Source: a virus. From it: a stretch of 64,000 nt of DNA. Below are positions 1-10,590 of this stretch, piece by piece. Made by a program: the position numbers and the translations under genes. The DNA is taken from the IMG/VR virus record IMGVR_UViG_3300046534_001281, positions 7,814 to 71,813 of that record, one strand, 5' to 3'. The notes under the pieces are model-generated. The model was not told where the DNA came from, did no database searches, and worked only from the letters and a program-made list of their open reading frames with translations. The first letter of the stretch is position 1. Each line of letters opens with the position of its first letter.

Positions 1-375
1 GACACCATTGAGAATAGGTTTCTTGAGTTGTTGTAAAGCTCCGTTTGCGATAGAGTCACTTCTATCACTTAAAGCTAGCAACCTAGTTAAATTGGATTCG
101 TTATTAGGCCCTACCAATTCTTCGTAAAATTTACTAAACATTTCATTCTTTTTGTAAATGTTTAAAATGATTTTTTCCATCTCATCACTTTCGTCAAAAC
201 CTAAATCTTCGATTTCAAAATCCGAGGGGGTTGAATCTGGGTCCAGCGAATCTTCAAACCCTTCACCACTACCCATATCCTCTGGAGGACCGCCCCTTTC
301 GCGGTCCTTAAAAACACTATCATCTCTCTCGCTGAGAAGATGTTGGGAAAAAAGACTCTTTACCTTGTTACTCAT
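1..375 (-). CDS. acidic late protein, partial (runs off window); possible prohead core/internal protein
   Basis: Open minus frame MSNKVKSLFSQHLLSERDD...; preceded by TATAAATA-GTAAT-ATG (381-388); not in the ORF track. Confidence 0.6.
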   Translation of the reverse strand, partial: MSNKVKSLFSQHLLSERDDSVFKDRERGGPPEDMGSGEGFEDSLDPDSTPSDFEIEDLGFDESDEMEKIILNIYKKNEMFSKFYEELVGPNNESNLTRLLALSDRSDSIANGALQQLKKPILNGV

Positions 376-430
376 ATTACTATTTATACTAAAATACTTG
401 CAAAACCGGATTTCTTTGCTAATATAAATT

Positions 431-1345
431 ATGTCTACACAACCTATAGTTGACGAAACCAGCGTTCAAATCGAAAAGATTGCAAAAGCAATCAATAAAC
501 GGTGCAAACAACTGGATAATCAAGATAACCTTAAGCTGGAGGGTCAGGAGCAAGATTTCCTTAATATCGTCGAAAAAAGAACCGTCGAATCGGCTACAAA
601 ATACGACAAGCCAGTTGTATTAGTAGTTGTGACGAACTCATCCGAAGCAAAATATAAAGAAACTTCGGAATACAAAACAATCGAAAACCAGATCTATCTG
701 AATAGTGTTTATACTGGTGGCTCGGTAAAGACACCACTCACATTGGAGATTGTTGCGGATAACACCATGGGTTATTCTGCTGCATATAATAAGTTCTTTA
801 CTGAAAAGTATGAAGATCATTATGTGTGTTTCATTAAAGACGATGTTAGACTTACCGATATTAACTTCTTCCAGAAGCTACAAGAGGCTCATAGACGCTC
901 TGAAGTCGTTGGTGTCGCGGGGGCTACCCGAGTCCAGATCCCATTCACTGTTAAGAGTCCCACACTATGGACTGCTTTATCAGAGTTCCCCGACCCAAAA
1001 ACAGGAAAGCCCAGCAAACATCAATCGGGGTCGTATACCACATTTCTCGGAGGTAAAAGTATTGCTGTAAACTACGGGGCTTCTCCGGCAATTTGTAGAT
1101 TCATTGATGGTGTTTTGATGAGCTTTGATGTTTCCAAAAGTATTGGTTATGGCTTTAGTTTTGACGAAAGATTCCCTCTTGATCACCACGATCTTGCGGC
1201 TTGTCTTATTGCGGCTAAGAGTGGATTGAATATTTCGACTTGGCCTATTTCCATCGAGAAAACTACTTTCCCGAAAGATGTTGACACTACATGGAAGCAG
1301 AGCCATACTAAGTTTGTTCAGGTATACAAAGATTTCAAAATGTAA
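431..1345 (+). CDS. glycosyltransferase-like (GT-A/family 2-like) protein
   Basis: YNKFF..VCFIKDDVRL, VVGVAG, FIDGVLM, FDERF..HHDL motifs. Confidence 0.55.
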   Translation: MSTQPIVDETSVQIEKIAKAINKRCKQLDNQDNLKLEGQEQDFLNIVEKRTVESATKYDKPVVLVVVTNSSEAKYKETSEYKTIENQIYLNSVYTGGSVKTPLTLEIVADNTMGYSAAYNKFFTEKYEDHYVCFIKDDVRLTDINFFQKLQEAHRRSEVVGVAGATRVQIPFTVKSPTLWTALSEFPDPKTGKPSKHQSGSYTTFLGGKSIAVNYGASPAICRFIDGVLMSFDVSKSIGYGFSFDERFPLDHHDLAACLIAAKSGLNISTWPISIEKTTFPKDVDTTWKQSHTKFVQVYKDFKM

Positions 1346-1346
1346 T

Positions 1347-1520
1347 ATGAGTGCTGGTAAAGGATCAAAAGATACCCGCTCACCCGATTATGCGAAACGG
1401 GTGAGCGGGTGGGACCGAATTTTTGGTATGAATAAAAAAGATGCAGTTGAATCTATCGCCAAAAAGCCCACATTAGTAGAGCCACATATTAATGATATTA
1501 AAAAAAATGACACTGACTGA
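1347..1520 (+). CDS. small hypothetical protein
   Basis: MSAGKGSK..WDRIFG; starts just after the upstream stop. Confidence 0.45.
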   Translation: MSAGKGSKDTRSPDYAKRVSGWDRIFGMNKKDAVESIAKKPTLVEPHINDIKKNDTD

Positions 1521-1902
1521 CCATTTAAAAAACGTTGCAGAGCACAGAAAAGAGCCTGTTTATCATGGGGAGAAATTCCCCTTGTTTCTGGTAAACAGGT
1601 TTTTCTCTTTTGTTTCTGATCCTCATTGTAGGATTTTAAACCAGATGATTAATTATCCGCATTGGACAAATGTGGATGAAGAAACTAAACTGAAATTGCT
1701 ACAGTCGGTTCTACCCAAAGTTAAATACAATTATTATAGCCTGTTTAGTGGTTACGTCAAAAAACCCAAGATCGAAAGAAAAATTAAATCTGTTGACAAC
1801 ATCGAAAGACTGTGTAAGATGTTTGAAATATCCAAAAAAGAGGCAGAAGCTTATTTGGAAGATGAAAATGTCGAAGAGTTAATTAAGAATTATGAAAAGT
1901 AA
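1507..1902 (+). CDS. gp62: clamp loader small subunit (gp62-like)
   Basis: FPLFLVNRFFS..MINY..YVKK..FEISKKEAEAYL pattern and ~130 aa size like short T4-like gp62. Confidence 0.6.
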   Translation: MTLTDHLKNVAEHRKEPVYHGEKFPLFLVNRFFSFVSDPHCRILNQMINYPHWTNVDEETKLKLLQSVLPKVKYNYYSLFSGYVKKPKIERKIKSVDNIERLCKMFEISKKEAEAYLEDENVEELIKNYEK

Positions 1903-2125
1903 AGTAGATAAAAGTAAATGGGTAGTATCCAATATTTGCGGTATCAAGCCTTTTGAGACATACCCCGTGTGTTATATGGTAGAAGCTGGGTCCGAGATAG
2001 AAGCTAAGAAGGAATGTTTTAAATTACATTACGGCTATACCGATGATTCGAAGTTTGGTGCGGCAGATCGTAAAGAATTTAAAGCCGTAAAGATAGATGA
2101 TTTGGAAGTTGGGGAAATTTTTTAA
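1892..2125 (+). CDS. hypothetical protein
   Basis: ORF overlapping the upstream stop. Confidence 0.5.
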   Translation: MKSKVDKSKWVVSNICGIKPFETYPVCYMVEAGSEIEAKKECFKLHYGYTDDSKFGAADRKEFKAVKIDDLEVGEIF

Positions 2126-2260
2126 TCATGGAAGAAAAAAAAGACCAATGCAAACATATCACAGAAGACGGTAAATGTAAATTCGCCCCATACTGTAGGC
2201 CTGAACTCAAAACCGAGGAAGACTTTTGTAAAGAAAAAGATTGCTTCGTAACAAATTTTT

Positions 2261-2503
2261 ATGGCGACAAAAAAGGAAACCGCTAATATATGCGACCATT
2301 GCGGTAAAGAGCAAAGATTCCCTACAGAGCAAACAATGATTGGTGGACATCCTTTAAGTGGATGGGTATCGGTGAAGGAACACGGTGGAGGCACGGCATT
2401 GTCTCGGTTGAAACGAAAGAAAGAATTCGATTTTTGTGGATATGGTTGTCTGCGAGATGGTTTAGAGGATATTATAGATAGTAAAGAAGAAAATTGGTAT
2501 TGA
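2261..2503 (+). CDS. small Cys-pair (Zn-binding) hypothetical protein
   Basis: CDHC ... FCGYGC motifs. Confidence 0.55.
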   Translation: MATKKETANICDHCGKEQRFPTEQTMIGGHPLSGWVSVKEHGGGTALSRLKRKKEFDFCGYGCLRDGLEDIIDSKEENWY

Positions 2504-2672
2504 TAATTTATGAGGAAAGCCTAAAGTAGATATAGGGCGGGAGAAATGGCATAGGGTTCGTCACCGACTACTCATTTCTAAAAAACAGCGATCTACGTAT
2601 TCATTGTGGTGTGTCACACACTTTAAATAACACGATGGTAAGAACTGACTCCCTACTCATATAATTATTGAT

Positions 2673-3065
2673 ATGGCTATTAATAGAGATTTCTTTGAAA
2701 ATATCACTAAAAACAATGTAGTTGAGATGCGCTGGGTCCGTAGGCTCCCCGAAAGAGGTAACACCCTAACTCGAAGAGCTTTAGCTACAAACAGCTACAA
2801 TTTATTAAATTCTGAATTTGGTTTAAAGATTTTACGGTTCAGACCACCAACTCAGAAAAATCCAATCGATCAAAGGGTGCATAATCTCACCACATACTGG
2901 GATTGTTTTCGCAATTCTTATCGAAACGCCGCTTGTGAATCATTACATATGGTTAAAATTTGGCCAGTTACTAACGAAAAACAAATCAATGATTGGTGGA
3001 TCTATTTTAGGGATTATATCAGAGATATGACACCGCAAGAGAAAATCGCATTCATGGATAAATAG
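2673..3065 (+). CDS. conserved late hypothetical protein (SH3/WYL-like beta fold suspected)
   Basis: TAATTA-N5-ATG start; VVEMRWVRR..RRALATN motif. Confidence 0.55.
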   Translation: MAINRDFFENITKNNVVEMRWVRRLPERGNTLTRRALATNSYNLLNSEFGLKILRFRPPTQKNPIDQRVHNLTTYWDCFRNSYRNAACESLHMVKIWPVTNEKQINDWWIYFRDYIRDMTPQEKIAFMDK

Positions 3066-3070
3066 TCACG

Positions 3071-3101
3071 AAAAAGCCAACTTATAACAAGTTGGCTTTT
3101 T
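3071..3101. terminator. bidirectional intrinsic terminator
   Basis: AAAAAGCCAACTT-ataac-AAGTTGGCTTTTT between convergent genes. Confidence 0.85.
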
Positions 3102-3127
3102 CTTTGAATTTTAATTAAATATAATTT

Positions 3128-3808
3128 TTATTTAGCAGGTTGCTCGCCGACTTTAAGTCCATTTTGGCGACCAGATCCCTTAACGATAAGATGGCTGAGG
3201 ATATTAATCAGCTTCTGCGGAGTTCCGCTCTTGTCTTTACCGTTACCACCACCACTGCCAGTTTTACCAATTCCTCGGGTTCCTAGCTTATCATTTTGAA
3301 CAGTCTTACCTTTTACGACAAGATCGCCCAGTTTGTTGCTGAGAGCAGAAGGCGTTCCGTCGTTGCTCTCTTCAAGCTCAAGATCAAGCTCAACGTCAAG
3401 ATTCTCAACATCAGATCCATCCTCAGATCCCATAGAATCCTCAAGATATGCGTAAAGCTCTCTGATAACAGATGAAGGCACTTGGATCATATCATCCTCA
3501 CCACCTTCGTAGTCGATAGATGCTTCGTCCTCATACTCTCCTTCACCACCCATACCAAGGGATAGCTCGTCGTTTTCGGAGACCAAAGTATCACCATAAC
3601 ACGCATTGTAGATTTCGTTAAATTTAGAACCTACAGCCTTGCTTTGTGTATTTTCTTTGATAGTCTCGGTTTTAGGAGACACTTCGTTATTCTCAACAAT
3701 AACTTTTTTCTCAACAGGCTTAACCTTCTCTTCCACAAGAGTAGGGTTAATCATATTTTGAAACTTAGATTGAAGAGACTCATGGTTTTCGTCGTTGAAT
3801 ACGCTCAT
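3128..3808 (-). CDS. acidic late protein, probable prohead core/internal protein
   Basis: TAATTA-N5-ATG start; many L/I/V-x-E motifs; acidic middle; duplicated GTP..L.N.L..L.VKG motif at C-terminus. Confidence 0.55.
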   Translation of the reverse strand: MSVFNDENHESLQSKFQNMINPTLVEEKVKPVEKKVIVENNEVSPKTETIKENTQSKAVGSKFNEIYNACYGDTLVSENDELSLGMGGEGEYEDEASIDYEGGEDDMIQVPSSVIRELYAYLEDSMGSEDGSDVENLDVELDLELEESNDGTPSALSNKLGDLVVKGKTVQNDKLGTRGIGKTGSGGGNGKDKSGTPQKLINILSHLIVKGSGRQNGLKVGEQPAK

Positions 3809-3881
3809 GTCATTAATTATGCTTCGAAGTAATAAAATTTTATTTTTAACGTCAACTACTTGAAAACAACCAATATATAAT

Positions 3882-5357
3882 ATGGAACCCTCATCGGAAC
3901 TCAGAAAACCAAAAAAGCCAGATCAAAGTATTTTGATAGGCCAGCAAAATGATGCCTTCAACAGCCTTTTAAACTTTTTAGACAGCGGGGAAAGTATGTT
4001 CTGTCTGGAGGGATTTGCTGGCACAGGAAAAAGCTTTTTGACCAATATGCTCCTAGAACACAATATAGCCAAACACGGTAGCTTTATTTGTATGTCAGCA
4101 CCCACAAATAAAGCGGTTTCGGTTATCAAGAGAATGGCCGAATTTAGTTCTGATAATTTATCATACAATACCATCCATTCTTTACTAGGTTTGAGACCAT
4201 TTATCACCGACCACGGAACTGAAATGTTTGTCAAAGATACACAGTCCAAAAATAAAGTTGGCGAATTCGATCTTATCGTTGTTGATGAAGCTTCACAATT
4301 AGATGACCAACTATTCGTTTATCTGATGGAGGAATTAGATAATCATCCGCATTTGAAACTCATATTCGTGGGGGACGGTAAGCAACTACCTCCGGTGAAC
4401 CACTCTAGCTCTATACCTATGTGTCCCGAGAAGCGCAAAGCGTATAAGATCGGTTATACTAATCTCACCGAAATTGTTCGACAGAAAGAAGGAAATCCTA
4501 TCATCGAACTTTCGAAGCAATTTAGGGACAAGGTATATAATCCCAAAATGGATCTGAACGCTGAAAGGGAGGGTATTGTCGTGGTGACTACTAAAAATAG
4601 AAAAGCGGTTCTTAAAAAATTGTTTTGTTCCGAAGCATATGAGAAGGACGGTGACTTCTGTAGGGCCACTGCTTGGAGAAATGATACTGTGAATTTCTAC
4701 AATGAAGAAATTCGCAAAATGATCTATAAAGAAAGAATTCGCAAGAAGGTTAAAGGATATCGCGATGAGGGCTTAACTAATGATGCAATGATTCCACTCC
4801 TAACTAAGGAATTTCCTTTTTGGAAAAATGGTAAAATGAATCTACCGAAATACCTCGTTGGCGATAAGTTGATTGTCGATAAGCCTATTTTTGATGTTGA
4901 TACTAATCAGATCACATTCCAGACAAATGAAGAATTGATTATTGAAGATTATACAATCGAGAATAGGATGGGTAAGGAGAAAATGTATAAGTGTTATATT
5001 GCAGATGTTAAGAACATTTTTTCGGGTAAGAAGGAGCTTCTTGAAATGGTCCACGAAGACGATGATGCGAAGTATGAGCAACATAAGAACAAGCTGCGAC
5101 AGATGGCTCTTAATAACAAAAAAGGATCGAAACCTGCGAGAGCTGCTTGGGTCCATTATTATGATCTTGACAAAAGATTCGCTAGGCTCAAATATGCACC
5201 TTGTCTGACAACCTATAAGTCACAAGGGAGCACGTATGAGAATGTAATTCTCATAACTCCAGACATTCTCAGCCACCCAAAGGAGCAAGAAATGTTCCAA
5301 CACCTTTATGTTGGCGTGACACGGGCTAGAAAGAGAGCATTTCTTTTTGTTCATTAA
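3882..5357 (+). CDS. dda: Dda-like SF1B DNA helicase
   Basis: GFAGTGKS, APTNKAV, VVDEAS, GDGKQLPPV, YKSQGSTY, YVGVTRA. Confidence 0.92.
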   Translation: MEPSSELRKPKKPDQSILIGQQNDAFNSLLNFLDSGESMFCLEGFAGTGKSFLTNMLLEHNIAKHGSFICMSAPTNKAVSVIKRMAEFSSDNLSYNTIHSLLGLRPFITDHGTEMFVKDTQSKNKVGEFDLIVVDEASQLDDQLFVYLMEELDNHPHLKLIFVGDGKQLPPVNHSSSIPMCPEKRKAYKIGYTNLTEIVRQKEGNPIIELSKQFRDKVYNPKMDLNAEREGIVVVTTKNRKAVLKKLFCSEAYEKDGDFCRATAWRNDTVNFYNEEIRKMIYKERIRKKVKGYRDEGLTNDAMIPLLTKEFPFWKNGKMNLPKYLVGDKLIVDKPIFDVDTNQITFQTNEELIIEDYTIENRMGKEKMYKCYIADVKNIFSGKKELLEMVHEDDDAKYEQHKNKLRQMALNNKKGSKPARAAWVHYYDLDKRFARLKYAPCLTTYKSQGSTYENVILITPDILSHPKEQEMFQHLYVGVTRARKRAFLFVH

Positions 5358-5397
5358 AATCCTTGACAAAATAAGTGCTGTAGAGTATCATGCCGGT

Positions 5398-5511
5398 ATG
5401 AATAATAATTATGTTTCCGCCATTTGTGTGATCTGTTCTTGTGTATTACTAACACAAGGAATTTATATTGGTTTGTGTTTTTTGGTCGCCGCTGTTTGTC
5501 TCGCGGAATAA
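5398..5511 (+). CDS. 37-aa Cys-rich hydrophobic membrane peptide
   Basis: MNNNYVSAICVICSCVLLTQGIYIGLCFLVAAVCLAE directly behind a TTGACA..TATCAT promoter. Confidence 0.4.
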   Translation: MNNNYVSAICVICSCVLLTQGIYIGLCFLVAAVCLAE

Positions 5512-5569
5512 TCCTTGACAAAAGGTATTTTTTATTGTAAAAAGTGGTCTGGTAAAAAGAAATAAAATA

Positions 5570-6151
5570 ATGAGCGCATTAAGAGCATTTAAAAAAGCAG
5601 AAACAGACTTTGACAAGAAAGGCTGGGATACCATTTATCTCCTCCTAGATGTCCACGGAACGGTCTTGGTCCCAAATTGGGATGGGTTATCGACAGAGTT
5701 CTACCCACACTCTAAGGACGTTCTACAGCACCTAAGCAAGGATTCTCGTTATAGGATCATCATGTGGACTTGCTCCAAAAAGGAAGATCGTCTTGCATAC
5801 AAGAAATATTTTGAGGATCACGGAATTCGGATTGATTATATTAATGAGAATCCAGAGATGGAGGCTCGGCTCGATTGGGGGGATTATAGTGATAAACTTT
5901 ATTGCTCGATTTTACTTGATGATAAAGCGGGTTTTTGTGCTAATACCGAATGGTTGGAGCTTAAAGAATATTTGGGTCTTGGGCCGAAGCATTTTTGGTC
6001 CATTGATGATGGTGATAAATACACCTGCGAGCATCCAAATAATCAGGGATTGTATAAATGCGAAGGGGCTTATATTTTTACCAGTTTGGAATATATGTTG
6101 GAGAACCCTGATAAATTTACTTCGGCTGAACCTATCCCAGATATACTTTAA
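5570..6151 (+). CDS. HAD-superfamily hydrolase-like protein
   Basis: LLDVHGTV, IMWT, INENPE, LLDDKA motifs. Confidence 0.7.
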   Translation: MSALRAFKKAETDFDKKGWDTIYLLLDVHGTVLVPNWDGLSTEFYPHSKDVLQHLSKDSRYRIIMWTCSKKEDRLAYKKYFEDHGIRIDYINENPEMEARLDWGDYSDKLYCSILLDDKAGFCANTEWLELKEYLGLGPKHFWSIDDGDKYTCEHPNNQGLYKCEGAYIFTSLEYMLENPDKFTSAEPIPDIL

Positions 6152-6160
6152 TAAAATAAG

Positions 6161-7096
6161 ATGAATTTTGAAAACTTGTGCCCCTTCTACGAAGAAAAAA
6201 TAGAAAGTAATTCCTATAAATTTAGACTTCACAAAAAAAGTCCTTGGTTTATTTTTGACAAGGAGTATGTAGAAATTCTCTATAAGTTAGATATGATTTA
6301 TGTCCCTTATGAGGGGTTGATCGTCAGAGATAATGGATTCCGATTATCGGATGCTGTCCTAGAAATAACTAACATCTACGAAAGGGCTATCCACCTTAAG
6401 AACAATTTTATAGATTATAGAAAGGTAAATTTACTCAAAAAGCCGACACCTTTTGTTGAAAAGTATGCGGGTCATAAAGACCCTTTAGATCATTTTAGAG
6501 GTAATGACCGGTCAAATACACTTGCAACTATAAAGAGTAAACAAAAAAAGATCAGGCAGATTAGATCGAAAAATGATTACCACTTTAATAAAACAAATCC
6601 AAGATACTATAAGGAAAATTCTATTATAAGAAATTGGCGAGATCCAAATTTTAGAAAACATACCTTCAAAACACACCAATACTTTATTTTCGATAAAGAT
6701 TTGAGTGGCCGTTTTGAGGGTGTCCATAGAGTTAGACAAAAAAACAGAAGAGGTAATATGAGTGATATGTTTATCACTAGTATTTCTATTGAAAATAAAA
6801 GAATGCCGACTAGGTGTGCGTTTGGTCTTAAGTTCACAGAAAAGCAAGCCCTAATAAAAGCAATTCGGTGGAGGTTAAGTAAAATGAAAAATTTCGGATT
6901 AGAATTTACAACACCAACTCTAAAATGGCCCGAAATTATGAAGATGTGCGACGAACATCTTTCGGAGTTCCTATCAAAAGCTAAAGAATACGAATTTAGA
7001 AATAACCCATCATTCGAAGAAAAGGTGGGCATTTTCGAAGATCCGCTAAAAATACCATATCCTTTGAAAAATAAGTCTTTTCAAAGTGAAAATTGA
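6161..7096 (+). CDS. HNH/AP2-type homing endonuclease-like protein
   Basis: LDHFRGNDRSN HNH-like segment then GVHRV..KQALIKAIRWR AP2-like segment; basic. Confidence 0.45.
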   Translation: MNFENLCPFYEEKIESNSYKFRLHKKSPWFIFDKEYVEILYKLDMIYVPYEGLIVRDNGFRLSDAVLEITNIYERAIHLKNNFIDYRKVNLLKKPTPFVEKYAGHKDPLDHFRGNDRSNTLATIKSKQKKIRQIRSKNDYHFNKTNPRYYKENSIIRNWRDPNFRKHTFKTHQYFIFDKDLSGRFEGVHRVRQKNRRGNMSDMFITSISIENKRMPTRCAFGLKFTEKQALIKAIRWRLSKMKNFGLEFTTPTLKWPEIMKMCDEHLSEFLSKAKEYEFRNNPSFEEKVGIFEDPLKIPYPLKNKSFQSEN

Positions 7097-7415
7097 TACT
7101 ACAATGGAAAATATGAAAACTCCGATTAGGAAAATTGCCATCAAATATATTCAGGATTTCATTCCAGATCCAGATTATCCAGATGATGAAATTAGTGATG
7201 ACGATGCATACGTTTGTATTAACGAGTGTCATGGACAAGATCACCTCGACGATGACAACCTCATCGAATTCAGAAATATTGAAAATTCTGAAGAAATCAC
7301 TTGCCAACCCATCGAAAATATCTTAAAAGAACTCAAGCAAACGTTCGACTACACAACTGAAGAACTCGACGTTATTAGAACAACAATTATTAAAGAACTA
7401 TTTACAAACAATTAA
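7086..7415 (+). CDS. acidic hypothetical protein
   Basis: ORF in operon. Confidence 0.5.
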   Translation: MKIDTTMENMKTPIRKIAIKYIQDFIPDPDYPDDEISDDDAYVCINECHGQDHLDDDNLIEFRNIENSEEITCQPIENILKELKQTFDYTTEELDVIRTTIIKELFTNN

Positions 7416-7416
7416 A

Positions 7417-7794
7417 ATGAAAATATTTGAAGGAGGAAAATGGGGCGACAAGGTAAACTTTGTCGATGTGAACAATGTGTTCGTGGGGTATGATATGGGT
7501 CAGGATTGTTGCGAATACGCAGATTGGTTTATCTCGAACAACATCGAAAAGCAGACCGAACCAGTTGGGGTAGACTCGCCTGATGAGGATTATAGTGAAT
7601 GGGTATTTGACAGAGATTTTTTTCTAGAGCCTGAAGACTTCCAAGGACTTGACGATGGCGGGGTTGTTGTGTTTAGGTTGGTGAATGGTGATTCCGAAAA
7701 GTTCCTACATCTTTTTAACTCACACAACGGATATTACGGGCATGGGTTTGAATTTGGAATCGATGGCAAAGTTTTAAATGGCGATACCCTATAA
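7417..7794 (+). CDS. conserved phage hypothetical protein
   Basis: QDCCE ... HNGYYGH motifs. Confidence 0.6.
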   Translation: MKIFEGGKWGDKVNFVDVNNVFVGYDMGQDCCEYADWFISNNIEKQTEPVGVDSPDEDYSEWVFDRDFFLEPEDFQGLDDGGVVVFRLVNGDSEKFLHLFNSHNGYYGHGFEFGIDGKVLNGDTL

Positions 7795-7839
7795 AACTAT
7801 CTTGACAAAAATTAAAACACAAACTACAATTACAACGTA

Positions 7840-9282
7840 ATGAACAATATAATTTTACAGACCGACTCCTATAAACTAGGTGGACATTGGAACATGCTCA
7901 TCGAAGGGACCACTAAAGCTTATGGTTACGGGGAATGTCGTTTGGGTTCTAAATATCCATTTTCAATTTTTTTCGGACTCCAAGCCATTATACAAGAACA
8001 TCTTGCTGGTGTGGTAGTCGAACAATGGATGTTGGAAGAAGCTAAAGAAATTTCTCTGCATCATTTAGGGAGAGAAGAAGCTCTCAATATTAAAGGATGG
8101 CAACGAATTATCGATGTTCATGGAGGCAAACTACCTATCAAAATTAAAGCAGTTGCGGAAGGAATGAAAGTTCCTGTAGGAAATGCTCTTTTTGTTATCG
8201 AATCAACTGATGACGAATTGCCTTGGATTGGTCAATATGTCGAAGGACTTATTATGAAATTCTGGTATCCAACTACTGTTTGCACCCAGAGTTACCTCAC
8301 GGTAGAAATTGCCAAAAAGTATCAAGACCTCACATCGGATTTGGTTGACTTCCACAAGTTTATGATTCATGACTTCGGCTATCGTTCCGCAACATGCGAG
8401 AATGCTGCTGAGATTGGCGGAGGGGCGCATTTGGTTAATTCTTTAGGGACTGACACTGTTCCAGCTCTAAAGTGGCTCAAAACTCACTACAAGGCCGAAT
8501 ATAATGAAATTGGCTTTTCGGTTCCAGCCACGGAACATTTCATTGCAACTTCGTTTGGTGATGGGGGAGGTGAAACTGATTATGTCAAGTCGATGTTAGA
8601 TAAGTATCCTGACGGAATTTTATCTTTGGTATCTGATAGTTATGGAATCGAGAATTTTGTGACAAATGTGATTGGTGGTCTTAAATATGAAATCAGCAAG
8701 AGGCGGGAGGATAGTGACAATGAAATGACAGCATTAGTTATTCGACCAGACTCGCCTAGATTTGAAGGGGATACACACGAAGATCAGGTTTTGTGGATCA
8801 TTAAAGAACTTGGTAAAATCTTCGGATACGAAACTAACTCTAAGGGTTATAGATGCCTACCCCCATTTATCAAATGTCTTGATGGAGACGGGATTGCTTT
8901 TGAGGAGGTGGAAAATATCTACAAAATGTTAGCCGACAATGGTTGGTCTAGCCAAAACTGTTTACTTGGCCAAGGCTCTGGGCTACTCAACGACTGTGTA
9001 AGGGATACTCAAAGAGTTGCTATTAAATGTTCTGCTCAAATTCGCAATGGAGAACTACTTAATATTCAAAAGAATCCGTCAGACAAAACTAAAGCTAGCA
9101 AGACCGGATTGCTGAAGTTGGTTAAAATGACCGATGATGAGGGTGTTATGGGGTATCACACCATCAACCAGCTTCACCCATTATACCACGACCTTCGAGA
9201 TGAAATGTTACCCATTTTTGTAAACGGAGAACTGGTCAAGGAATATACTCTCCAAGAAGTTAGAAATAATACTAATTTGTAA
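7840..9282 (+). CDS. nadV: nicotinamide phosphoribosyltransferase (NAMPT)
   Basis: TDSYK, HDFGYR, GTDT, SVPATEH, VSDSY, IRPDS, GDGI, KASKTG. Confidence 0.92.
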   Translation: MNNIILQTDSYKLGGHWNMLIEGTTKAYGYGECRLGSKYPFSIFFGLQAIIQEHLAGVVVEQWMLEEAKEISLHHLGREEALNIKGWQRIIDVHGGKLPIKIKAVAEGMKVPVGNALFVIESTDDELPWIGQYVEGLIMKFWYPTTVCTQSYLTVEIAKKYQDLTSDLVDFHKFMIHDFGYRSATCENAAEIGGGAHLVNSLGTDTVPALKWLKTHYKAEYNEIGFSVPATEHFIATSFGDGGGETDYVKSMLDKYPDGILSLVSDSYGIENFVTNVIGGLKYEISKRREDSDNEMTALVIRPDSPRFEGDTHEDQVLWIIKELGKIFGYETNSKGYRCLPPFIKCLDGDGIAFEEVENIYKMLADNGWSSQNCLLGQGSGLLNDCVRDTQRVAIKCSAQIRNGELLNIQKNPSDKTKASKTGLLKLVKMTDDEGVMGYHTINQLHPLYHDLRDEMLPIFVNGELVKEYTLQEVRNNTNL

Positions 9283-10473
9283 TTAAAATTTAACATATTC
9301 GGAAATATTAATATCGAATAATTCTGTAGACCATCGACGATAAATCCTATGCTCTTTAAATTCCTCTAGAAGTTCTTGCTCTTTCGTGTAGCAATTAAAT
9401 AAGGTATTAGGTAATTCCTTTATGATTCGTATAGTTTTTATTTGACCTTTGGACTTGCTTCTAAGTTCGCATAAACGTTCATGAGCGGATTTAGTGGTTA
9501 TACCTACTTTATAGTAGTGCCCCTCGTTAATTTCTAATAAATATAAAAATGATTCTATATCGTGTTTATCTGGATATTGCTCAAAAAATAATTCATTATA
9601 CCCACCACAGTAAGAACCCGATCTATTCTTTTCCACTAAGCTGCATTTTGGACATATTTGTGTTAGGTGTTTCTCCGCAGATTTTGTATACAAACCATGT
9701 TCAGGGCATTTAACATCTATTTTGGAATCACAATTTTTATAATATAGATTATTGTAATCAGGAAAATTGTAATCGCGATCTTTATGTATAGACTCTAATT
9801 CAGATTTTAAAGTTGTCCAAGGTTTTCTAAATTTGCGAGATACAAACTCTTTAGAACATTCACCACACCCAGTTTTAGATGTTAAGTGATTTCGGGCTAT
9901 TTGTAGTGAAGAGCCATGCTCAGGGCATATAACTTCAACACTACTATCTACCTGATCGTTGAAGTGTAATATGTTATAACTAAATACATTTTTAAACTTT
10001 TTCTTAGCTTTCTCTAAAAACACATTTTTAGTAATCCTAACTCTAGGTTTCTTTTTTATTTTAGGTTTTGTAGAACACTTCCGACCGCATTGGGTGCATC
10101 CAAAAGCGTTCGGGGATAAATGTTTGTCAGGTGTTTGTTCAAACCAACCATGAATAGGGCAGTTAATTTTTATTTTAGTTTTATGGTTGAAAAAACTTTC
10201 GATATCATATTCATACTTCGTATCATATTTATTTCTGGCTTTTCGTAAGAACTTTTCCTTTCTAACATTCCTATATTTTTCCTTCACACACTCACCACAA
10301 CCAGTTTTCTCCAACAAATAACCAGTTACCGTATCGAAGCTCCCGTGAGTTTTACATAGTGCTGATGTTTTTTGGTTGCGATCAATATATTGGAAATCAC
10401 TCTCAAGACTAATAGAATCGCCAAACGTCTCGGTTATCCTTTGTAGGAACCACGGTGTGTCGAACTGCTTCAT
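9283..10473 (-). CDS. homing endonuclease with repeated CPxHG/CxxC Zn modules and C-terminal GIY-YIG-like domain
   Basis: Repeats INCPIHGWFEQ, ICPEHG, KCPEHG; C-term LYLL..YKVGIT..R..E. Confidence 0.75.
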   Translation of the reverse strand: MKQFDTPWFLQRITETFGDSISLESDFQYIDRNQKTSALCKTHGSFDTVTGYLLEKTGCGECVKEKYRNVRKEKFLRKARNKYDTKYEYDIESFFNHKTKIKINCPIHGWFEQTPDKHLSPNAFGCTQCGRKCSTKPKIKKKPRVRITKNVFLEKAKKKFKNVFSYNILHFNDQVDSSVEVICPEHGSSLQIARNHLTSKTGCGECSKEFVSRKFRKPWTTLKSELESIHKDRDYNFPDYNNLYYKNCDSKIDVKCPEHGLYTKSAEKHLTQICPKCSLVEKNRSGSYCGGYNELFFEQYPDKHDIESFLYLLEINEGHYYKVGITTKSAHERLCELRSKSKGQIKTIRIIKELPNTLFNCYTKEQELLEEFKEHRIYRRWSTELFDINISEYVKF

Positions 10474-10545
10474 TATAATAGTAGTTAGTGACGGATAACC
10501 GTTTAACTTAAAACATCGGTCTCTGGTAAAACTTTAAGAAACAGG

Positions 10546-10574
10546 TTGACATACCCCGTCAAATAGGGTATGTT
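10546..10574 (+). promoter_or_regulatory. sigma70-type promoter with internal inverted repeat
   Basis: TTGACA-N17-TATGTT; ACATACCC/GGGTATGT arms. Confidence 0.65.
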
Positions 10575-10590
10575 GACCTTAACAAAAAAT

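Noticed and set aside
158-427. Plus-strand 89-aa ORF
   Set aside because: Ser-rich antisense shadow of the acidic minus-strand gene starting at 375 with a TATAAATA promoter
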